Below are positions 1-9,007 of a stretch of 64,000 nt of DNA, in pieces. Under the pieces are notes generated by a model that saw only the letters and a program-made list of their open reading frames with translations, ran no database searches and was not told the origin of the DNA. Made by a program: the position numbers and the translations under genes. The DNA comes from Candidatus Aminicenantes bacterium (lineage in GTDB: Bacteria > Acidobacteriota > Aminicenantia > Aminicenantales > Saccharicenantaceae), in the NCBI GenBank assembly GCA_963727095.1, contig CAVSEQ010000005.1, positions 534,952 through 598,951 on the forward strand, given 5' to 3'. Every line of letters begins with the position of its first letter. Within the stretch, counting starts at the first letter, position 1.

Positions 1-1516
1 CCATGTCCGCATCGGCGCTGGCGACCGTATAGGCGCCGGCGGCGCCGATGATGGCGGCCCGCTTGAGCTGGGTCGGGTCGGCTTTGTCGACGACATCGCC
101 CGACGTGTGATACCACTTATCGGGCCAGGCGATCATCATGATCCCCGGAACACCGACGCCCCAGTCGTTGAACACCTCGTGGTCGGAGGCGCCATAGTGG
201 GTTTCGATCGAATAGGGGAACGGCTCATCGGCGCCGTAGGGCGCCACGATGCGGACCGGAACGACCCGGCCCGGCGTGCTCCGGTTCTGCAGCCTCTCAC
301 GGTTGGCTTCCCCGACAAACCGGTAGTAATTTTCCATAACATCGTTGATAAAGTGCGGATTGCCGTAGGTCGTCCGCATCAGGCAAAAGAAGGACTGGTT
401 TTTCGAAAGCCACTCGCCGACCATGTCCATATTGATGTTGCAGAGGGTCTTTTCCATGATCTTCTGGTTGGCCTGGACCCATTTGCCGATCCCCGAGAAC
501 TCGGGTCCCCAGATGAAACGGATCGTCCGCTTCGGCTTCGGCAGACGGCCATCGGCGATGAGGGTGTTGAGGATGCGGGCCACTTCGAGAATCGTGGCGC
601 TGCCCGAGATGTTGTCGTTGGCGCCCTGCTTGTTGAAACCTTCGAAGAGATGGGCCGAAAGGATAACCCCCTCGGCATCGGGATCGGTGCCGGGAATGCT
701 GCAGACGACGTTCTCGAGGTCGGCCGTCTCGTATTTGGATTCGACTTGGGCGTGGACCGTGATCTTTTCGCCCGCGAGGAGGCGGCGCTTGAGGAGATCG
801 CCCTCTCGGGCCGAAAGCTGGAAGCCGAACTTCGGGGGCTGCGGCTTGGCCGCGGGTTGGCCGGGCTGGCCCGCCGGCGGTTCAAAGCCCATGCCGCGCA
901 TGGAGATGCCGCTCCACGGCATCTGCAGCGGGTCGAAATAAGGGCGTGACATGGCGATCGCGACAACCCCCAGGGCGCCTTGCTGCACGGCGGTTCCGTA
1001 GGCCATCATCAGGCTTCCCTCGGTGACGACGATCTTGCCCTCGACCTTGGCGTCGACGATGTCTTTCGCGACGCCGCGGCCGACCCAGACGAGGTCCGCG
1101 GTGACGTCGGCGCTGCCGCTTCCCGCGGCCAGCGACGGGAGGATGTCGCGGATGGACGCCAGCTTCGCGCGGCCCGGCTTGACCTCCCAAAGCTCGCCCT
1201 TGATGGCCCGCCAGGCTTGGCCGCCCGGATAGGCGGCAACGTCGACCCCGGCGAGGCCGTACTGTTTCAGCTTGTTGACGACGACTCGGGTCTCAAAAAA
1301 TCGCCCCGTATATTCATCGTCGGTGCGCTCGCGGTTGAAGGCGTTGATCTCCGCGATGGTGTTCCAGGCCGTTTCCCCCGAACTTTCTCCGACGATCTCG
1401 TCCATCTGGCTCTTGGGCAGGAACGTCCAATAGAGCCAGGGCGTGTACTGGGCGAACATCGGCACGGATAACAGGACGACAGCAAGACAAACAAGCCCCA
1501 GCGGCCTTTTCGACAT
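1..1516 (-). CDS. Exported M28-family metallopeptidase with PA-like insert (3' end runs off the window)
   Basis: ATG at 1516 with AGGAGG RBS; signal peptide MSKRPLGLVCLAVVLLS; motifs GANDNISGSA, GPEFSG, NINMDMVG, GASDH, WYHTSGD; frame stays open to base 1. Confidence 0.85.
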   Translation of the reverse strand, partial: MSKRPLGLVCLAVVLLSVPMFAQYTPWLYWTFLPKSQMDEIVGESSGETAWNTIAEINAFNRERTDDEYTGRFFETRVVVNKLKQYGLAGVDVAAYPGGQAWRAIKGELWEVKPGRAKLASIRDILPSLAAGSGSADVTADLVWVGRGVAKDIVDAKVEGKIVVTEGSLMMAYGTAVQQGALGVVAIAMSRPYFDPLQMPWSGISMRGMGFEPPAGQPGQPAAKPQPPKFGFQLSAREGDLLKRRLLAGEKITVHAQVESKYETADLENVVCSIPGTDPDAEGVILSAHLFEGFNKQGANDNISGSATILEVARILNTLIADGRLPKPKRTIRFIWGPEFSGIGKWVQANQKIMEKTLCNINMDMVGEWLSKNQSFFCLMRTTYGNPHFINDVMENYYRFVGEANRERLQNRSTPGRVVPVRIVAPYGADEPFPYSIETHYGASDHEVFNDWGVGVPGIMMIAWPDKWYHTSGDVVDKADPTQLKRAAIIGAAGAYTVASADADM

Positions 1517-1620
1517 AACGACCTCCTCGTTTGGGCGCGGCTGCGTACCCACGCACGCCCGGGCGAAAAATATGAATTTTAGGATATATACCTAGCACCG
1601 GGGCATGTCAACAGGCGGGC

Positions 1621-1932
1621 CGGCAGGGAGCGGCAGGGAGCGAGGTTTTCGGAGCGACCATTAAAAGTGCGGCTGAGCGACTCGAAGCCGCACTTTTAAG
1701 AAACATCTTAGAACAGGTCTTACCTCTTGGCCTCACTGGTGGGAAAGATCTTGAAACGCGTTTCTGATCTTTCTTCGGCACGGAGCGGCAGGGAGCGGAT
1801 TCTCGGGAGCGACCAACAAAAGCGTGGCGGAGCGGCACGGAGCCACGCTTTTGGGATGTATCTGAAATGGGTTCTGGGGCTTTCTCAACGCCTCACTGAT
1901 GGGAAATATCTTGCACGACTCTTTGATTCTTC
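1621..1932 (+). repeat. Two tandem ~155-bp units of an intergenic palindromic mosaic family
   Basis: Head motif CGGCAGGGAGCG..GGAGCGACCA at 1631 and 1786, each followed by a perfect 12-14 bp hairpin and then CCTCACTG(G/A)TGGGAAA(G/T)ATCTTG. Confidence 0.85.
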
Positions 1933-1967
1933 TCATAGCCGAACCGGCCCGGTCGGAAACGCGGCGG

Positions 1968-2546
1968 TCAGTCCTTCGCGACCTCCCCGATCAGAAGGAC
2001 CGTCCGGCCCCTGACCTCGTTCAGGACTTCGGCCATGGCCAGATAGATGGCGGACAATCCGCATGCGATGCCTTCGAAGCCGGCGATCTTCCCGACAACC
2101 GCTGAGCCGGTCCAATCCCTGGCCGCAAGCAGCCAAAAGAGCACGGTCAGGCTCAAGAAAACGAACTGGACGACGCGGTTCTTGCCGAATGTCCCCAGCC
2201 ACATGAAGAACGTGAAGAGTCCCCAAAGGAATAAGTAGCAGCCCATGAACGGAGCGGGGGTGGCCGCACCGCTGGGAGCGTTCAAGCCTGGAATGACCCA
2301 AATCGCGACGATCGTCAGCCAGAACAGTCCGTACGACGTGAATGCCGTCGTCCCGAAGGTGTTCCCTTTCTTGTATTCCATGATGCCGGCGATGATCTGG
2401 GCGATCCCTCCGTAAAAAATCCCCATGGCGAGAATCACACTGCTCACGGGGAAGAAACCCGCGTTATGAATGTTGAGAAGGACGGTTGTCATGCCAAATC
2501 CCATCAGTCCGAGCGGGGCGGGATTGGCAAGCGTATTGTTGTCCAT
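1968..2546 (-). CDS. satP: Acetate/succinate uptake transporter, SatP/YaaH (GPR1/FUN34) family
   Basis: LANPAPLGLMGFGMTT signature, GNTFGTTAFTSYG, about six hydrophobic helices. Confidence 0.92.
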   Translation of the reverse strand: MDNNTLANPAPLGLMGFGMTTVLLNIHNAGFFPVSSVILAMGIFYGGIAQIIAGIMEYKKGNTFGTTAFTSYGLFWLTIVAIWVIPGLNAPSGAATPAPFMGCYLFLWGLFTFFMWLGTFGKNRVVQFVFLSLTVLFWLLAARDWTGSAVVGKIAGFEGIACGLSAIYLAMAEVLNEVRGRTVLLIGEVAKD

Positions 2547-2624
2547 AGCGATGTTCCTTACGAGTGGGATAGGAGTCGGAGCCGTATAGTATGTCCGGAC
2601 AGTCCGAATTGTCAACAAAAGAAG

Positions 2625-2673
2625 GGGCCAGGTCTATTTTTTGCTACTTTTTGGCAGAAAGTAGACCTGGCCC
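2625..2673. repeat. Inverted-repeat element (GGGCCAGGTCTA...TAGACCTGGCCC), probable bidirectional terminator after fbaB
   Basis: ~20-bp imperfect arms with T-rich tails on both strands; near-identical inverted copy at 9061-9109. Confidence 0.75.
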
Positions 2674-2681
2674 TTTTTTAT

Positions 2682-3732
2682 TTAGGCGATTGTGACGTCC
2701 TTGTCCGAATAGACGTCCTGGACGGCGTTGAGGAGCTCGATGCCGTCCTTCATGGCTTTTTGGAACGATTTTCGTCCCGTGATCAACCCCATGCCGCCGG
2801 CGCGCTTGTTGATGACCGCCGTGCGGACGGCCTGGGCCAGATCGTTCTTGCCGGACTCGCCTCCCGAATTGATGAGGCCCGCCCGGCCCATATAGCAGTT
2901 GATGACCTGGTAGCGCGTCAAATCGATCGGATGGTCCGTCGTCAATTGGGTATAGACGCGATCGTCCGTCTTGCCGAAGCCGAGGGCTTTGAACCCGCCG
3001 TTTGTTTCCGGCTGCTTTTGCTTGACGATGTCGGCCTGGATCGTCGCCGCCAGATGGTTGGCCTGGCCCGTCAGGTCGGCGGCCAAGTGATAATCCTTGT
3101 CCTTCTTAAATGCCGCGTTGCGAAGGTACGCCCAGAGAACGGTCACCAGGCCCAGGCTGTGGGCATGGCTGAACGCTTCGCTGACCTCGCTGATCTGCCG
3201 GTCGCTCTCGGCCGAGCCGAAATACACGGTGGCGCCCACGGCCACGCCGCCCATGTCGAAGGCCTGGTCGACTGACGCGAATTGGATCTGGTCGTACTTA
3301 TTGGGGTAGGTCAGGAGCTCGTTATGGTTGATTTTCAGGATGAACGGTATCTTATGGGCGTACTTGCGGGCGACCGATCCGAGAACTCCCAATGTCGAGG
3401 CAACGGCGTTGCAGCCGCCTTCGACGGCCAGCTTGACGATATTCTCAGGGTCGAAATAGATGGGATTGGCCGCAAAAGCCGAACCGGCCGAATGTTCGAT
3501 GCCTTGGTCCACGGGCAGGATAGATAAATATCCGGTCCCGGCCAGGCGGCCGGTGTTGTAAATTGTCTGCAGATTTCTCAGAACGGCCGGGGGCCTGTCC
3601 GTTTTCGCGAGGACCCTGTCCACGAAATCCGGCCCAGGCAGGTGGAGGAAGCTCTTGTCGACGGTTTTGCACATCGTGGCCAAGTAAATTGTCCGCCTCG
3701 GAGCCCAGAAGCTGTTTCGTTTTTTCATTCAT
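2682..3732 (-). CDS. fbaB: Class I fructose-bisphosphate aldolase (DhnA/FbaB type); apparent +1 frameshift near 3674
   Basis: [39 protein letters not shown]; natural N-terminus [19 protein letters not shown] lies in another frame. Confidence 0.9.
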
Positions 3733-3879
3733 GGCCCACCCCCGAAGTTCCCCGGCCTGAGAGCCCGTGCCGCCTCCCTTTTACACTTAGCCTTACCGTC
3801 TTCCGGACGCTGCGCCGCGCTCCGGCCAGTCCACTCCGCCCAGCCCGGGTCACGCCGCGCGGAAATCGGACCGAGACCG

Positions 3880-4365
3880 TCACTTCATTTCGACTTTGAC
3901 CTCATTCAGCCAGATGCCGTGGATGTTGCACCGCTCAGTGGCTTTCAAAACGTCCGGCATCGACTTCAGGTCGAAGGTAGCAACCGGCGCGGGGTCCGTC
4001 GCCTTGAAGGTTTTCTCGCCGAGCTTGTTGCCCATCCCGTCCTCGAGCCTGATCCACATGATCCAGTGCGGCTTCTTGGGATCCATCGGATGATTGTCGA
4101 CCTTGACCGTAACCTTCATGCCCATGCCCGCCATCTCGTAATTGACCTGGGGGACATGCGTCTGCGCGACCTGGGCGTTCCAGGGTCCGAAAAAGTCCTT
4201 CGTGTACGGCTTATCCTGCTTGTACTCGCCGGCGGCCTGGCCGCTCATCTGAGCGAGGCTCGTGCCTCCCGCGGGGACCGCCGACTTGTCGCGCGACGTG
4301 GGCGTCAAAAAGACGACCGTCGCCACGAAAACCACCGCGAAAAAAAGAATACTGCGATACTTCAT
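3880..4365 (-). CDS. 1Fe superoxide reductase (neelaredoxin)-like protein with N-terminal signal/anchor
   Basis: THVP, HPM..PHWI, RCNIHGIW give 4 His + 1 Cys; hydrophobic N-terminus; AGGAGG RBS. Confidence 0.8.
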   Translation of the reverse strand: MKYRSILFFAVVFVATVVFLTPTSRDKSAVPAGGTSLAQMSGQAAGEYKQDKPYTKDFFGPWNAQVAQTHVPQVNYEMAGMGMKVTVKVDNHPMDPKKPHWIMWIRLEDGMGNKLGEKTFKATDPAPVATFDLKSMPDVLKATERCNIHGIWLNEVKVEMK

Positions 4366-4620
4366 ATCACCCCTCCTGTTGCCGGGTTCTGCCGCCCAGC
4401 GCATTTCCAATATAGCAGAATCCGCGCGAATTTCCAGACCCCCGCCGGCTTGATCCTTCGAGATAAACGCAGACCTTCTTAGCCGGTTTTGAGACACCGC
4501 GAGAAAATAAGGCCTCTAGAATCCTGAAAAAAAGTGCATGCTATTCACGGCCGTCAGGCCCCGTCGCCATAAATACGCAAGCGCGAAAATCAACCCGATG
4601 GCGCACACAGGCGCCCCGGG

Positions 4621-5082
4621 TTACTCGTCGCAGGGTGGGCAGACTTCGAGCAGGCTGATCTTGGCCAGCCGACGCGCGAACCGCTCCTCTCCGCTGTATC
4701 GTGCCTTCAGGAAAGTTTGAATCAGGTCCCACGCCAGAGCATGGCCGACGACACGGCCGCCGAGGCACATGATATTCATGTCGTCGTCCTCAACTCCTTG
4801 ATGGGCGGAGAACCCATCGTGGATGAGCGCCGCGCGGGCGCCCGCGACTTTATTCGCGGCGATGGACGCGCCGACGCCGCTTCCGCAAACGGCAAGGCCG
4901 CGCTCGACCTCCCCCGCTGCTACGGCGCGAGCCAGCGGGACGATATAATCAGGATAGTCGTCCCCCGCCTGCCATTGTGTCGCGCCGAAGTCCCTGATAT
5001 CGTGCCCGTCCGCCCTCAGGAGCTCAACGATCTTTTGTTTCAGCTCGAATCCGCCGTGATCACAGCCGATACCGATTTTCAT
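4621..5082 (-). CDS. rpiB: Ribose-5-phosphate isomerase B
   Basis: MKIGIGCDHGGFELK, DDYPD, CGSGVGASIAANKV. Confidence 0.92.
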   Translation of the reverse strand: MKIGIGCDHGGFELKQKIVELLRADGHDIRDFGATQWQAGDDYPDYIVPLARAVAAGEVERGLAVCGSGVGASIAANKVAGARAALIHDGFSAHQGVEDDDMNIMCLGGRVVGHALAWDLIQTFLKARYSGEERFARRLAKISLLEVCPPCDE

Positions 5083-5153
5083 GTTCCCCTCCGCGGCTCT
5101 ATTATACCCGAATTCCGCCGCAGAGACGGGAGGCGGAGACGACCCCGAGGCCT

Positions 5154-6401
5154 TTACATGCCGTACTTGGCGATAATCTCCTGCTTCGTCTTGCCCAGGA
5201 TGTCGAACTTCTTGCCGACCTTGATAAAGGCGGCCAGGGCTTTGTCGAGATGATGGATTTCGTGCCCGGCCGAGATCTGCGTCCGGATCCTGGCTTGCCC
5301 CTGCGCGACGACAGGGAAGAAGAAGCCGATGGCGTAGATGCCTTCGTTGTAAAGCGCCAGCGAAAAATCCTGGGCCAGTTTGGCGTTGAAGAACATGACG
5401 GGCACGATCGGCGTGTCGCCTTCCTTGAGGACGAAGCCGGCTTCCGTCAGGCCCTTGCGCCAGTAGGCGGCGTTCCGCTCGAGCTTGTCGCGCCGTTCCG
5501 TGGACTTGGAGAGGATTTCCATGACCTTGAGGACCCCGGCGACGACGACCGGCGCGATCGTGTTTGAGAAAAGATACGGCCTGGCCCGCTGCCGGCACAA
5601 CTCGACGATCTCGCGGCGGCCGGAGACGCAGCCGCCCGACGCGCCCCCGAGGGCCTTGCCGAACGTCGTCGTGATGACGTCCATTTTGCCCACGACGCCG
5701 CATTTCTCGTGCGTGCCGCGGCCGGTTTTCCCGATGAATCCGCTGGAGTGCGAATCATCGACGAGGATCATGGCGTCGTACTTTTCACAAATGGCGGCCA
5801 TCTCGTCGAGCTTGGCCGTGTCCCCGTCCATGGAGAAAACGCCGTCCGTGACGACCATCTTGAGCCGTTTGTCCGAATGGAGCTGCAGTTTCTCCTCGAG
5901 ATGCCCCATGTCGGAATGCTTGATCGTATCATGCATGGCGCTGCAAAGACGGATGCCGTCCACGAGCGAGGCATGGACCAGACGGTCGGAGATGATGACG
6001 TCGTCCTTGGTCAGGACGGCCTCGAAAACGCCGGCATTGGCGTCCATGCAGGAAGGGAACAGGAGCGTGTCCTCGGTTCCCAGGAATGCCGTCAGCCGGT
6101 GCTCGAGCTCGCGGTGGATGTCCTGAGTGCCGCAGATGAAGCGGACCGACGACATGCCGTAGCCGCGGGTGTCCAGCCCTTCGTGGGCCGCCTTGATGAC
6201 GTCGGGGTGGCTCGAAAGCCCCAGATAGTTGTTGGCGCACATGTTGATGACTTTTTTAAGCGGAGCACCGGTGGGAAATTCGACTTCGATGTCGGCCGCC
6301 TGGGGCGAGTGGATGAACCGCTCCTGCTTGAACAGCCCGGCGTCCTGGATGGCCTTAAGCTGGCCCTGATACGTTTCACGAACCTTGTTGCTGTAACCCA
6401 T
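5154..6401 (-). CDS. kbl: Glycine C-acetyltransferase (2-amino-3-ketobutyrate ligase), PLP-dependent alpha-oxoamine synthase
   Basis: CANNYLGL, SVRFICGTQDIH, TDGVFSMDG, DDSH, TFGKALGGASGG, RPYLFS. Confidence 0.9.
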   Translation of the reverse strand: MGYSNKVRETYQGQLKAIQDAGLFKQERFIHSPQAADIEVEFPTGAPLKKVINMCANNYLGLSSHPDVIKAAHEGLDTRGYGMSSVRFICGTQDIHRELEHRLTAFLGTEDTLLFPSCMDANAGVFEAVLTKDDVIISDRLVHASLVDGIRLCSAMHDTIKHSDMGHLEEKLQLHSDKRLKMVVTDGVFSMDGDTAKLDEMAAICEKYDAMILVDDSHSSGFIGKTGRGTHEKCGVVGKMDVITTTFGKALGGASGGCVSGRREIVELCRQRARPYLFSNTIAPVVVAGVLKVMEILSKSTERRDKLERNAAYWRKGLTEAGFVLKEGDTPIVPVMFFNAKLAQDFSLALYNEGIYAIGFFFPVVAQGQARIRTQISAGHEIHHLDKALAAFIKVGKKFDILGKTKQEIIAKYGM

Positions 6402-6479
6402 GATGTCGACTCCTTATGTCAAGCGGGACGCGGACCCGGGGGGACATGTCCCCATTGTTCCTTCCGCGTCCCTTTTTCC

Positions 6480-6737
6480 CTAGCCCTTTTTCGCGACGAA
6501 CTCTTCGACGAGCTTGACGATCTTGTTGACCGAGTCGAAAGCCTCGGGCGTCGCCTTGTCGTCGGGGATCTGGATCTGATACTTGTTCTCGAGGAATCTT
6601 TTCAACGAGACCATCGAGAACGAGTCCACGATGCCGCCCGATATGAGAGGGGTATCGTAGGTGAGCGGCTCGCTGTCATCTTCGAGATATTCCTTGGTGA
6701 CGTAGGTGAGAACGATGTCCTTCAGGTTTTCCGCCAT
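6480..6737 (-). CDS. Stand-alone acyl carrier protein
   Basis: 85 aa, acidic; GIVDSFSMV phosphopantetheine-Ser motif. Confidence 0.88.
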   Translation of the reverse strand: MAENLKDIVLTYVTKEYLEDDSEPLTYDTPLISGGIVDSFSMVSLKRFLENKYQIQIPDDKATPEAFDSVNKIVKLVEEFVAKKG

Positions 6738-6800
6738 GATCGCGTCTCCTTATCGATATTTCAGAGGGAACACGTACCGCTGGTACATGTCCCCGTCGAT

Positions 6801-8504
6801 CTAATCATTTTCGAGGGTCGATGTGTCGCCGATCTCCTCACCCCACTCCTTGGCGTGGAGAATCCGCCGCATGATCTTGCCGCTCCGAGTCTTCGGGAGC
6901 GACGGCACGAATTCGATCTCCTGCGGCATGGCCAGCGGTGAGAGTTTCTTGCGGATGAAGTTCATGATCTCGAGGTCGAGGTCCTGGCTGGCCGTAAATC
7001 CCGGCTTCAAGGCCACGAACGCCTTGACGACTTCGAGGTTGATCGGGTCCGGCTTGCTGACGACGGCCGATTCGGCCACGGCCGGATGCTCGAGCAGAGC
7101 CGATTCGACCTCGAACGGGCTGACGAGGTGGCCGGCCGTGTTGATGATATCGTCGTCGCGGCCGGCGAACCAATAGTAGCCGTCCTTGTCGAGCCGGGAC
7201 CGGTCCCCCGTGATGTACCAACCGTTCCGGAACTTTTTCTGGAAGGCTTCCTGGTTGTTCCAGTACGTCCTCATCCTCGAAGGCCAGTTGAACTGGAGGG
7301 CCACAAGACCGATCTTGCCGTACGTCGCATAGGGCTCGTTTTTGACCGGGTCGAGGATGGTGCCCGTAATGCCGGGGAACGGCTTGCCCATGGAGCCCGG
7401 CCGGACCTCCATGCCTGGATAATTGCTGATGACGATGCAGCCGGTCTCGGTTTGCCAGTAAGTGTCGTAGAAGGGCTTGCCGAAGACTTTCTGGGACCAG
7501 ACGACGGCTTCGGAGTTCAGTGGTTCGCCGACGCTGGCCAGGTGGCGGAGCGAGGAGAGGTCGGACTTTTTGACGATCTCGTCGCCGGCCTTCATCAGCG
7601 AGCGGATGGCCGTCGGCGCCGAGTACCACATCGAGACGCGCCGTTTCTCGATGAACTTGTACCAGGATTCGGCGGAAAAGCCCGCGTCGAGGACGCACTG
7701 CGTTACGCCCAGCGCGAACGGGGCGATGATCCCGTACGATGTGCCCGTGACCCAGCCCGGGTCGGCCGTGCACCAATAGATATCATCGTCCCTGAGATCA
7801 AGCACCCACCTCGCCGTAAGGTACTGCGAAATGAGTGAATAATGCACATGCTGAACGCCTTTCGGCATCCCGGTCGTCCCCGACGTATAGTGCAGGACCG
7901 ACGGCGTTTCCGCCTTGGCCGGATAGATATCGAAATGTTCGACGGGCGCGGCCTTCTCAAGTGAGAACGGGACCTCCCGGTTCTTAAGCGGCGTGACACC
8001 GTCGTGATCGACGATGATGATGTGCTTGAGATGGGGCAGCTTGTCCAGGATCTTGCGGACCTTGGGGGCGTGCTTCTTTTGCGTTATCACGGCGGTTGTC
8101 TCCGCGTTCGAAAGCCGGACGAACAGCGATTCGTCGCCGAAGGCCGAAAACAGCGGCTGGGCGATGGCGCCGGTCTTGAGAATTCCCAGGAAACCGAGGT
8201 AAAGCTCCGGAATCCGGTCCAGGAACAGGCAGACCCGCTCGCCCGGCTGAATGCCCAGCCCGCGCAGGAAGGCGCCAATGGTATTCGTCGCCAGCCGGAT
8301 GTCGTTATAGGTGTAGGTTTTTTCCACGCCGGTAAAGCCTTCCCAGTAGAGCGCGGTTTTGGCGCCCTTGCCAAGCTGGCAGATCCGGTCCGTGCAGTAC
8401 CAGCCGATGTTGATAGTGTCGCCGGGCTTATAGCCGAGCTCCTTCTCCGCGATGGCCCACGAGAAGTTTTTAACCCGATCGTCGTATGAGCCGATGTTTG
8501 ACAT
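6801..8504 (-). CDS. acsA: Acetate--CoA/carrier ligase (short AcsA-type adenylate-forming enzyme)
   Basis: YTSGTTGMPKG, TADPGWVTG, SVGEPLN, DTYWQTETG, PKTRSGKIMRR. Confidence 0.85.
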   Translation of the reverse strand: MSNIGSYDDRVKNFSWAIAEKELGYKPGDTINIGWYCTDRICQLGKGAKTALYWEGFTGVEKTYTYNDIRLATNTIGAFLRGLGIQPGERVCLFLDRIPELYLGFLGILKTGAIAQPLFSAFGDESLFVRLSNAETTAVITQKKHAPKVRKILDKLPHLKHIIIVDHDGVTPLKNREVPFSLEKAAPVEHFDIYPAKAETPSVLHYTSGTTGMPKGVQHVHYSLISQYLTARWVLDLRDDDIYWCTADPGWVTGTSYGIIAPFALGVTQCVLDAGFSAESWYKFIEKRRVSMWYSAPTAIRSLMKAGDEIVKKSDLSSLRHLASVGEPLNSEAVVWSQKVFGKPFYDTYWQTETGCIVISNYPGMEVRPGSMGKPFPGITGTILDPVKNEPYATYGKIGLVALQFNWPSRMRTYWNNQEAFQKKFRNGWYITGDRSRLDKDGYYWFAGRDDDIINTAGHLVSPFEVESALLEHPAVAESAVVSKPDPINLEVVKAFVALKPGFTASQDLDLEIMNFIRKKLSPLAMPQEIEFVPSLPKTRSGKIMRRILHAKEWGEEIGDTSTLEND

Positions 8505-8524
8505 GAATGCCTCTCTCCTCCGTG

Positions 8525-8908
8525 TTATGGCGCCGCTTTTTCAAGGACCACGACGGCCTTGGCCAGGTCCTTGATATGGGACAACGAAGCTTCCATTCCG
8601 GTTATGCCGTGCGCATCGCAAAATTCACGGACCTTGCCGTGGACAAAGAGTTCCGGCTTGCCCAGGGCGTTGTTGACGATCTCAATCTCATCGAATCGAT
8701 GCCCGCCTGTCCAGCCGGTCCCCATCGCCTTGAGGAACGACTCCTTGGCCGCGAAACGGGCCGCGAAGTGCATGGCCGGGCGGTGCTTGGACTCGCAGTA
8801 TGCGATCTCCCGCGCGGTGAAGAGCTTTTGCTTGAGCCCGCCCGTCCGGGAGAGCTTGTCCTCGATCCGCTCGACCTCGATAATGTCGGTCCCGACTCCG
8901 AAAATCAA
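8525..8908 (-). CDS. acpS: Holo-ACP synthase (AcpS-type PPTase)
   Basis: IFGVGTDIIEVERI, FAARFAAKES, SLSH; probable TTG start at 8908. Confidence 0.9.
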   Translation of the reverse strand: MIFGVGTDIIEVERIEDKLSRTGGLKQKLFTAREIAYCESKHRPAMHFAARFAAKESFLKAMGTGWTGGHRFDEIEIVNNALGKPELFVHGKVREFCDAHGITGMEASLSHIKDLAKAVVVLEKAAP

Positions 8909-9007
8909 CCGCGTCAGCGCCTTTCGTTTTCGAATGCCGCGTGCCCGGGACGGTGCCGTCCCGGACAGCCCGGTGGTGTCTTCCTGGCCAAGGGAAAACG
9001 GAACATT

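Noticed and set aside
1621-1932. CRISPR mini-array
   Set aside because: Only two units with a ~155-bp period, imperfect repeats, homologous spacers and no cas genes.
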